Below are positions 57,601 to 64,000 of a stretch of DNA of 64,000 bases, piece after piece. The stretch covers positions 66,506 through 130,505 of the forward strand of contig JASLQF010000044.1 in the NCBI GenBank assembly GCA_030744625.1. Reading direction: 5' to 3'. Position 1 is the first letter of the stretch. Each line of letters opens with the position of its first letter. A program made the position numbers and the translations under genes. Under the pieces are notes generated by a model. That model did no database searches. It was not told the DNA's origin and was given only the letters and a program-made list of their open reading frames with translations. The DNA comes from Rhodospirillales bacterium. Its GTDB lineage: Bacteria; Pseudomonadota; Alphaproteobacteria; Rhodospirillales; JASLQF01.

Positions 57601-59863
57601 GGCGCAGCATCTTCTTGGCGCCTGAATCCCTGACCGTGCCGCGATCAAAATCCATTTGGATCAATTGAGCGAGCGTGACTCCGGGTTCCACGTCGGTATC
57701 GCTGTAACCGTACAGTTCCTTGTATTTGCCGTTGTACAGCAAGAGCCGGTTGTCGGCATCGAAGAGGGCGAAGCCTTCGGAGATGTTCTCGATGGCGTCC
57801 ATCATTCGGGCTTCGGCTTCCGCCGCGGCGTCCTTCGCGGCAAGCAGTTCCTCTTCGGCCCGCTTGCGCTGGGTGATGTTGAGCAGCAGGCCGTCCCAGA
57901 TCACGTCGCCATTCTCGGCCTTGCGCACGCTGGCCCTGCCGCTGATCCATTTCTCCATGCCGCTTTCGGTGACGACCCGGAACTCCAGGTTCCAGGGCTT
58001 GAGCTTTGCCGCCGATTCCTTCATGGACGAGAAGAACCGCTCGCCATCATCGGGGTGGACAAGGGACATCATTCGCTTCGAGTTCCCGGTCACCTCCTCG
58101 GGCTCCAGTTCCAGGAGGTCGCGGACGCCGGGGCTAACGTATGGGAAGGAGAGACTGCCGTCCGGGTGAAGTGCTCTGCGATAGACCACCCCGGGGACAT
58201 TGGCCGTGATGGTTTCGTAGCTCGCCTCGCTTTCGCGCAAGGCGCCCTCGACCCGCTTGATATTGGTAATGTCGGTGATCCAGCTGACGTAGCTCGTTTC
58301 ACCCTGGTATACGATCGGATCGATCGACAAGAGGGCCCAAATATATGAGTTGTCCCGACGTTTGATCCGCACTTCGGCATTCCGCACCAAACCTTCGTCC
58401 TTCATCATTCTCGAAATCGCCTGGTGATCGGTACCGTCGAAGTAGGCGTCGGCGGCTTTCATTTGAAGAAGTTCCCGCTCCGAAAAATTGGTCAGTTCGG
58501 AAGTGCGCGAGTTGACGTAACTAAAACGCCCCCCTTCATCCGTTATCGTCACGCAGATCGGGCTGGTCTCCAGGATGGCGCGGAGTTCGGCCTCCTTCGT
58601 TGCCAGGGCTTCTTCGTTGCGCTTGCGCTCGGTAATGTTGGCAGTGGAACCGATCATGCGGACGGCCCGATCGTCCGGTCCGCGTTGGACGATGCCCCGC
58701 TGGTGGATCCAAAGCCAGTTGCCGTCGTCATCCCTGAGCCGGTATTCGGCGGAGTATCGCTCGTCCTCGCCCTTCAGGGCGGCAACGAAGCGGGCGCGCA
58801 CATCTTCCTGGTCATCGGGGTGGATTCGCTCCGCCCAAGCCGCCGCCGAACCGTCCCAATCGCGGAGCCCATATTCGGTCTTGAAATCCGTTGGATAGTA
58901 GACCTGGTCCATCTCCAGGTCCCAGTCGTAGAGGGCATCCCGGGTCGCCCGGGTGGCCAGCGCGTAGCGTTCCTCGGAGACACGGAGCGCCTCTTCAACC
59001 CGCTTGCGCTCGGTGATGTCCGTATGGGTGGACAGGAAACCTCCGCCCGGTATCGGTTTCCCGCGAACTTCGATGACCGTTCCATCGGGCCGCGTGCGTT
59101 CGAAAACGTGAGGTTCGAACTTGCGCGCCAGTTCCATTCGTTCGCGGACCTGTTCTTCCACGTCGCCGGGTCCGTAATCGCCACGCTCGGCGTTGAAGCG
59201 AAACGCCTCTTCCAACGTACTCCCGACCTTGAACTTGTCGGTCGGAAGCCCGAGGATATCCAGGCACTTGGTATTGACAGCGACCAAATTGAGTTCGCCG
59301 TCGAACATGGAAACGCCTTGATCCATGTTTTCCAGGGTCGCTTCGAGAACGGCCTTCTGGCTGGCCAGTTGTTCCTGGGCTTCCTTGAGTTCCGTCACGT
59401 TGGTGTGAATGCCGACAAAGCCGCCGGCCCTGGCGCGCCTCTCCTTCGTCTGGATCCAGCGGCCATCGTTCAAATGTTGAAGGAAACTCTCGCCCGATGG
59501 GTTGACATGCTTCGCCATGCGCTCCTTTTTCCATTTGTCCACTTCGTCGGGACTGCCGGTCAACTGGCCTCGCTCCTCCGCCGCGTCGAGGATCTCGGAG
59601 AACGTGATGCCGGCGACCATCTTGTACGCGATCAGCGGGAACATGTTCTTGTACTGGTCGTTGCACATGACCAGCCGGTCCTCGGCATCGAAGTAGGCGA
59701 AGCCTTCCGACATGGTGGCGATGGCGTCGGGGAATCGTTCCTCGGCATCCACGGCACTCTCTTCGCGGTCTTGTATTAGCCCCCGCAGGGCCATCACCTC
59801 GTCGACGAGCTCGGCCTTGGTGCGCCGCATGAGCGCCGCCGCGGAATTCGTTGATGACGTCAT
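54665..59863 (-). CDS. Cytoplasmic multi-PAS (about 8) hybrid sensor histidine kinase with pseudo-receiver, receiver and C-terminal Hpt domain
   Basis: The preferred start is the ATG at 59863, with GGGAGG 5-6 nt upstream; the track ORF extends to 59908. There are repeated PAS modules, each ending in ..DIT.RKR.EEAL. The H-box is SHEIRTPMNG, followed by a HATPase domain (GGTGLGLSI), a REC domain (LVAEDN...TDCHMPRMDG...KP) and an Hpt domain (HSAKGAAAS). There are no TM segments. Confidence 0.9.
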   Translation of the reverse strand: MTSSTNSAAALMRRTKAELVDEVMALRGLIQDREESAVDAEERFPDAIATMSEGFAYFDAEDRLVMCNDQYKNMFPLIAYKMVAGITFSEILDAAEERGQLTGSPDEVDKWKKERMAKHVNPSGESFLQHLNDGRWIQTKERRARAGGFVGIHTNVTELKEAQEQLASQKAVLEATLENMDQGVSMFDGELNLVAVNTKCLDILGLPTDKFKVGSTLEEAFRFNAERGDYGPGDVEEQVRERMELARKFEPHVFERTRPDGTVIEVRGKPIPGGGFLSTHTDITERKRVEEALRVSEERYALATRATRDALYDWDLEMDQVYYPTDFKTEYGLRDWDGSAAAWAERIHPDDQEDVRARFVAALKGEDERYSAEYRLRDDDGNWLWIHQRGIVQRGPDDRAVRMIGSTANITERKRNEEALATKEAELRAILETSPICVTITDEGGRFSYVNSRTSELTNFSERELLQMKAADAYFDGTDHQAISRMMKDEGLVRNAEVRIKRRDNSYIWALLSIDPIVYQGETSYVSWITDITNIKRVEGALRESEASYETITANVPGVVYRRALHPDGSLSFPYVSPGVRDLLELEPEEVTGNSKRMMSLVHPDDGERFFSSMKESAAKLKPWNLEFRVVTESGMEKWISGRASVRKAENGDVIWDGLLLNITQRKRAEEELLAAKDAAAEAEARMMDAIENISEGFALFDADNRLLLYNGKYKELYGYSDTDVEPGVTLAQLIQMDFDRGTVRDSGAKKMLRRRTHFFGKTEETFEEPLADGRWVQIRDRRTSAGGTVSIHADITERKRAEEALRLAKDAAAEAEARMMDAIESVSEGFSLFDADDRLVLCNGKYKELYGYSDANVKPGVSFAQLLQMDSDRGTVKGSGAQEVLRRRMEIFGKAEETFEDHLADGRYVQIRDRRTSAGGTVSIHADITDRKRAEEALTAKEAQLRSALDNMSGAIFMVDKDLTLQVINDRFREYYDMPEHVVATGVSLRGILQTRAERGDYGPGDADELVEQRLEGYRSGKVRRIEDTVPSGRFIEGLRTPTADGGIVCIFNDITDRKRAAEELEKARDQAEAAARAKSTFLATMSHEIRTPMNGVVGMLDLLVRSKLDTEQRGMLDTVRQSSFLLLQIIDDILDFSKIEAGKLRLERIPFSVCHVVEGVVESLVPGAREKGLALPVFVDPTIPEIMQGDQVRLRQILFNLVGNAVKFTMVGKVFVRAERVPSRSKKKITVRFTIIDTGIGIPTEAQDKLFESFTQAEGSTTRQFGGTGLGLSICARLADLMGGSIAVESEPGAGSTFTVTLPFEAAEQPAVEETTDNLEGVRVLVIAKDPDVSNIIPTYLGYWKADVETTNDIEEASRRAAEAGAEGTPFGVVVISGEWSSERQAADRDFLRNEAALSEVRYVLLTNDPMGANDTRPSDSVYVGRPVRRSSFLTAVAVAAGRRSPEIRQVEEMVDIGAAVAPPIEEAEAKGQLILVAEDNAINQRVMRLHLDRLGYAAEFVADGEAAIELWNSRKFGIVLTDCHMPRMDGFQLTGAIRQSETETKSRVPIIAITANALEGEAERCLAAGMDDYLAKPVELEQLGKVVSRWMPGALSGDAVAADAGLPETHRGDRPASAEAPIDMVELARLLGSDADEFLMDTLSFFVETMMETPDDLRRFVRSKDAVALREAAHSAKGAAASAAAPRLTELLQNLENAAAADDWSSISLLLPKIYKEFADVETFIRRLT
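57050..57847 (-). repeat. Tandem duplication of a 399-bp (133-codon) PAS module inside the kinase gene
   Basis: Units 57050..57448 and 57449..57847 align without gaps and include a 62-nt identical run (TCGGTGATGTCGGCGTGAATGCTGACCGTGCCGCCCGCCGACGTCCGGCGGTCGCGGATCTG). The protein units are about three-quarters identical by eye. Confidence 0.85.
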
Positions 59864-60011
59864 TTTCGCCTCCCACCGTTCGTGGCCGACAGACAAAGCC
59901 TGGGGCAAACTGAAGGTAAGGACAAGAGGGGGGAAAGATTCAGCAGGCCGAGCGCGCCGCCGGCGAGCGCGCCAAGGGAAAGACGTCGACGCGCCGGCTT
60001 CCAGGTTGCGT

Positions 60012-60857
60012 TCAGTCGCCCGCCTTGTTGACGGCCATCTGCAATCCCTCGATCAGGATATTCCCGTCAAATCCCGTTGCGCCCTCCAACCGTCCGGCAA
60101 GGATGGCCTGAATCGCCTCGACATGCAGCTTTATGACCTCGATCTGCATGGCGTTCGGTTGCAATATGGCGTCAATGAATTCGCTGAGTTGGTCGGTGAT
60201 GGCCTTGATCAGTTTTTCGTGTTCGCCGCCCAGGGCCTCGACGGCCTTCGCGCTATCGAGAAGCTCCTTCATGTTCTCTTCCCGATTTTCAGCGTTGAAC
60301 AAGACCCGCTCGATAGCGCCCTCGAACTGGTTCACGGGTTTGTTTACCGCCAGCTCCTCGTCGTCTCCCACCTCCTCCACCAGCGATTCGATCTGCTCCA
60401 GCACATCCAAGTACACGACATCGTCTTCGTCGACCTGGTCGCCTCCACGGGCCAAACGCCTTCGGATGGCCACGATGATCTTGTGGCGCAGGCCATCCAG
60501 GGAGAACGGTTTGACCAAATAGGCGTCGACCCCGACTTTGCGCGCCTCCGCCACATGTTCGACCGTGTCGTTGACGGTCAGCATGATGAAGGGGACGCCC
60601 GGCCAGCGTTCGCGGGAGGCCTTCAGGAGCTCGAGCCCATTGAGATTGGGCATGTTCCAGTCGGAAACGATGAGGTTGATGTGTTCGAAATGTTCGAGGG
60701 TCTCGTAGGCCTCTTTGCCATCCCTGGCGACGATAACCGTTTTGAACCCCAGTTCCTGGAGGCCCAGTTTCTCCAGGTTGAGCGCGAATTCGCTGTCCTC
60801 GACGAGGAGGACGCGAAAATTGGAAAAATCGATGCCGAACTTCTCGAAAAGTGACAT
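60012..60857 (-). CDS. Response regulator: CheY-like receiver plus uncharacterised helical C-terminal domain
   Basis: From the ATG at 60857: FRVLLVEDSEF...LIVSDWNMPNLNG...VDAYLVKPF. A ~150-aa acidic helical tail follows, with no motif I recognise. Confidence 0.8.
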   Translation of the reverse strand: MSLFEKFGIDFSNFRVLLVEDSEFALNLEKLGLQELGFKTVIVARDGKEAYETLEHFEHINLIVSDWNMPNLNGLELLKASRERWPGVPFIMLTVNDTVEHVAEARKVGVDAYLVKPFSLDGLRHKIIVAIRRRLARGGDQVDEDDVVYLDVLEQIESLVEEVGDDEELAVNKPVNQFEGAIERVLFNAENREENMKELLDSAKAVEALGGEHEKLIKAITDQLSEFIDAILQPNAMQIEVIKLHVEAIQAILAGRLEGATGFDGNILIEGLQMAVNKAGD

Positions 60858-60920
60858 TTTGACTGTTGTCCGATTACATGGGCCCAACTTCAATGCGCCA
60901 GGAGGTTGCGCCGGGCGAGG

Positions 60921-61271
60921 TTACTCGACGGAGCCTTCCTTTTCCAGCGCCGCCACGGATTCCAGGAAGCACGCATCCAATTCCCGGGTCATCCGCAACG
61001 CGTCGGCGTGCCGCCCGTCGGTACAGGCCGCTTCGATTTCCTGGCACAGCCCGGCGAGGCGCTCAAGCCCCATGGTGCGGGCGCCCCCCCTGAGCTCATG
61101 GGCGGTCTCATTCAATTCCGCCGCATCGCCGTCGGCTGCCGCCTGGTTGAGCCTCTTGCCCAATTCCGTGCCTGTTCTGGCGAAGTCCGCGACCAGTTCC
61201 CCGGTAACGTCCTCGCCGTAATCCGACCTCAGAGTCGCCAGCCTGGATGCGTCGATGACCGGTAGCGGCAT
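60921..61271 (-). CDS. Stand-alone Hpt (histidine phosphotransfer) protein
   Basis: 116 aa from the ATG at 61271, with ETAHELRGGARTMGLERLAGLCQEIE (HxxxG Hpt signature). Confidence 0.75.
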   Translation of the reverse strand: MPLPVIDASRLATLRSDYGEDVTGELVADFARTGTELGKRLNQAAADGDAAELNETAHELRGGARTMGLERLAGLCQEIEAACTDGRHADALRMTRELDACFLESVAALEKEGSVE

Positions 61272-61364
61272 GGCTTCTTCCACTCTATTCGTTTCCGCGA
61301 AAACTTTGCTAATATATCACTTCCCATGGCCGCCTGGCCCAGACGATCCGTCCACATTCCGTGA

Positions 61365-61892
61365 TCATTCGTTTGGGGCCCGATGCCGGGCCGGCCCCGG
61401 CCACGCCGTGAGCCGGGGGATCAGGCGCGGCACGTTCGCCTTGTAGGTGCGGTAATCGTCGCCGAAGCGTTTTTCCAGGCCCCTCTCCTCGACGACGGGA
61501 ATGTAGATGGCGTTGGCGGCGAAAAAGAAGGCCAGCCACGCCGCCAGCGGCCACGACTGCAGCACCAGCGCCTCCGCCCCCAGCATGAGCACGACGCCGC
61601 TGATCATCGGGTTGCGCACGTGCCGGTAGGGACCGCGCACGACCAGTTTCGCCGGCGGCTCCCATGGCGCCGGGGTGCCGTCGCCGTACGTAGCGAACAG
61701 GCGCACCGTCCAGACGGCGAGCCATAGCCCTACGGTGGCGGCCACGACGGCAAGCCACGGGGCGGCCTCGCCCGCTCCCGCCACCGACGCCTGCGCCGAT
61801 GTCCCGTGGCTGAGCCATAGAACAACCGCCGGCACGAAGACGAGAACCGTCCCCGGCAAGACGACGATGGCGCGGACCAGGCCCCAATCCAT
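61365..61892 (-). CDS. Membrane methyltransferase of the ICMT/PEMT-like family
   Basis: From the ATG at 61892. It has several TM helices and a C-terminal VVRGPYRHVRNPMISGVVL...EERGLEKRFGDDYRTYKANVPRLIP, typical of isoprenylcysteine carboxyl methyltransferase-like proteins. Confidence 0.65.
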   Translation of the reverse strand: MDWGLVRAIVVLPGTVLVFVPAVVLWLSHGTSAQASVAGAGEAAPWLAVVAATVGLWLAVWTVRLFATYGDGTPAPWEPPAKLVVRGPYRHVRNPMISGVVLMLGAEALVLQSWPLAAWLAFFFAANAIYIPVVEERGLEKRFGDDYRTYKANVPRLIPRLTAWPGPARHRAPNE

Positions 61893-61987
61893 GGTTCTCC
61901 TTTCAGCCACGCCGGAGCGCGGCGGCCGGGCGCCGGTGGCCGATCCGTGGTAGGGTGGCGCCAACGGACCGAGGATGGTAATCGAAC

Positions 61988-62596
61988 ATGGCGGCCAAGC
62001 CAAAAAAGAGACCCCGCCCGCCACGCGGCCTGCCCGCCCGCATCGTGGACGCGGCCGTCGCCATGGCCGATGAGACGGGGTGGAGCGCTGTGCGCCTGCG
62101 CCGGGTGGCGGACCATCTCGGCGTCCCGCTGTCCGAGGTGCGCCGCCATTTTCGCGATCTCGACGCGGTCGCCGACGCCTGGTTCGAGCGCGCCAACCAG
62201 GCCATGCTGTCCCCCACCGGGCGCACTTTCGCCGACCTGCCGGCGCGCCAACGCCTCCATGCGCTGCTGTTGCGCTGGTTCGATGCCCTGGCCGCGCATC
62301 GCCGGGTTACCGGCGCCATGATCGCCGCCAAGCTGCAACCGTCCCACCCCCACCATTGGGTGCCCTTGATCTTCAATCTTTCGCGAACCATCCACTGGCT
62401 GCGCGACGCAGCCGGCCTCGACGCCGCCGGCCGGCGGCGCCAGATCGAGGAGATCGGGCTCAGCGCCCTGTTTCTGGCGACCCTCGCCGTCTGGGCGCGC
62501 GATGGCACGGCGGACCAGGAGCGCACCCGCGCGTTCCTCGATCGAGCCCTCGCCCGCGCCGACGGCGCCATGGCGCGGCTCTTCCGAAACAGTTAG
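61988..62596 (+). CDS. TetR/AcrR-family transcriptional regulator
   Basis: 202 aa with an N-terminal HTH ARIVDAAVAMADETGWSAVRLRRVADHLGVPLSEVRRHF. It is divergent from the methyltransferase gene, with a 95-bp spacer. Confidence 0.8.
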   Translation: MAAKPKKRPRPPRGLPARIVDAAVAMADETGWSAVRLRRVADHLGVPLSEVRRHFRDLDAVADAWFERANQAMLSPTGRTFADLPARQRLHALLLRWFDALAAHRRVTGAMIAAKLQPSHPHHWVPLIFNLSRTIHWLRDAAGLDAAGRRRQIEEIGLSALFLATLAVWARDGTADQERTRAFLDRALARADGAMARLFRNS

Positions 62597-62671
62597 GCCG
62601 TTTGACCGGCGATACCGCCCTTTTGACCGGTGCGGGCTGGGAATCTGGCACCAAAGGCACTAGAGTGCGAT

Positions 62672-62698
62672 CGTTTCAAATTGAATCAATTTGAAACG
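62672..62698. promoter_or_regulatory. 27-bp perfect AT-rich palindrome centred on a GANTC site
   Basis: CGTTTCAAATTGA-A-TCAATTTGAAACG, read directly from the sequence. The centre GAATC is at 62683..62687. It lies between the TetR stop and the next gene. Confidence 0.4.
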
Positions 62699-62809
62699 TG
62701 AATCGCCCTCTATGTCATTCTTAGGGGCTTTTTCACGTCCTGGAACGTTTCGATCCAGGACGATAGGACCCTAGGGTTGGGCACACGCCAACAAGAAAAG
62801 AGAACCTCG

Positions 62810-63205
62810 ATGAGCGAAGAATTGGACCGAGATAACCTGATCGGGCTGCTTGATAAACTGGGCGCCGAGCGCGACGAGGACGTGCTGTCGGCGGCACGCG
62901 CCATCGGCGCTCAGGTCGCCGCTTCAGGCCAAACGTGGGACCAGTTGCTGACCGAACCCGAGATGCCGGAAGCGGATTGGGACGCGCCCGATGAGGAGGA
63001 GGAGGAGGCATCCCCCGGGGAAGCGGCCGCCGGAGACCGCGAGGCCCTTTCACTGATTGCCAAGCTGCTCGCCAAGCCCGGCCTCTACGAAGGGACCCGC
63101 CACGAGCTGGAGGGCTACAAGGAAGACATCGCTGAGGGCGAGTTTACCGGCGCCGACCGCAAGTATCTTCGCTCCCTGAACGCGCGTATGGCGAAGAGCA
63201 AATAA
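62810..63205 (+). CDS. Hypothetical acidic protein
   Basis: 131 aa from the ATG at 62810; the track ORF starts at a TTG at 62777. It has an acidic EEEEE stretch and a helical C-terminus. I recognised no family. Confidence 0.5.
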   Translation: MSEELDRDNLIGLLDKLGAERDEDVLSAARAIGAQVAASGQTWDQLLTEPEMPEADWDAPDEEEEEASPGEAAAGDREALSLIAKLLAKPGLYEGTRHELEGYKEDIAEGEFTGADRKYLRSLNARMAKSK

Positions 63206-63401
63206 AAAAAGCTCCACCGAAAGCGAAACACCGTCGTCGTTATTCAACAAACGGCAGCGCAGACAAAACTTCTTTATCTAAATGCTTTCTTAATTCTTAC
63301 GCTCCATAAGCCCCCGTCGGGAATGATTGCGCGCGCCCGCACCCGCCGCCGATGCGGGGTCGGCCGCGATGATGCGGCACGCGTGCATTGGGAGCAAGAA
63401 A

Positions 63402-64000
63402 ATGGCCAATTTCGCGGGTCGACAGGATAAAACGGGCGTTCGGACGCGACGCGCAATCCCACCCTTAAACCCCGGGATATTAGCCCTTTTCTTTCCGCTG
63501 CTCCTTGGTGCCTGCAGCCTGCCGCCAGCGCTACAGATTGCCAGTTGGGTTACAAACGCCTTCAGTTACCTGACGACCAGCAAGTCGGTATCCGATCACG
63601 GTATTTCCATGGTCTCGGGCCGCGATTGCGCCCTCCACCGCGGTCTCGCCGGAGACGATGTGTGCCGCGGGGCCGATGCGGACAGCGAGGCCATGGTCGC
63701 CTCCCTCGACAGCGTCAACGATGCCTCCCGCGACTCCTGGGAAGCGGTCGTCGAAATCGCCGGCGTGACGGAACAGAAGGCCGGCAACGCCGCACCATCG
63801 ACGGACGTCGACGTGGCCGCCGAGCCCATGGAAGCGAATTCCGTATCGCCCGCCCCCATGCCGACCCCCGCGCCCCACAAGCGCGACGAGCCCGTCGCGA
63901 TGCTGGCGTCCCTGGACTTGGCCCCGGCGACGCGAGAACCCATATCGGCCGGGCCCGGGTCCGCCGCCGGGGAACTGCTCGAGGTGAATTATATTGGCGA
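63402..64000 (+). CDS. Putative lipoprotein, N-terminal part (runs off the right edge)
   Basis: My own translation is open from the ATG at 63402 to the window end: MANFAGRQDKTGVRTRRAIPPLNPGILALFFPLLLGACSLPP... It has a lipobox LLGAC. Confidence 0.55.
   Translation, partial: MANFAGRQDKTGVRTRRAIPPLNPGILALFFPLLLGACSLPPALQIASWVTNAFSYLTTSKSVSDHGISMVSGRDCALHRGLAGDDVCRGADADSEAMVASLDSVNDASRDSWEAVVEIAGVTEQKAGNAAPSTDVDVAAEPMEANSVSPAPMPTPAPHKRDEPVAMLASLDLAPATREPISAGPGSAAGELLEVNYIG

Overview
This window is 64 kb of high-GC bacterial chromosome, roughly two-thirds G+C by eye. Gene content points to an alphaproteobacterium (MipZ division ATPase, TctABC transporter, GANTC sites); the exact taxon is unknown. 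I can support about 57 protein-coding genes. I found no rRNA, tRNA, CRISPR array, transposase or integrase.

Left to right:
- ugd and galU.
- A mipZ / VWA / membrane J-protein string.
- A molybdopterin oxidoreductase and assorted enzymes.
- An islet of orphan proteins at 11.8-16.0 kb: two paralogous ~75-aa proteins, a secreted Sel1+HExxH protein, and small K/E-rich membrane proteins, one with a candidate -1 frameshift site.
- An aromatic or N-heteroaromatic catabolic block: a CoxSML-type molybdoenzyme plus CoxG, two amidases, MarR, a four-component Rieske oxygenase, and a zeta-class GST isomerase.
- A PhyH / methyltransferase pair.
- An orphan MotA/MotB stator pair.
- A fused HyuA-HyuB giant.
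- The most interesting part: an FdrA / DUF1116 / DUF2877 / carbamate kinase (AllFGH/AllK-type) module that directly abuts tctCBA-gntR-oxc-frc-(homolog of the N-terminal domain of 10-formyl-THF dehydrogenase)-fhs.
- A phosphorelay cluster: REC-EAL, an 8-PAS hybrid kinase with a tandem PAS duplication, a REC protein and an Hpt protein.
- A TetR / methyltransferase pair and a partial lipoprotein gene.

Many very long ORFs in the track are antisense or alternate-frame artefacts of high GC and are not reported. All homology calls come from reading the translations and from remembered family motifs. No database search was possible.
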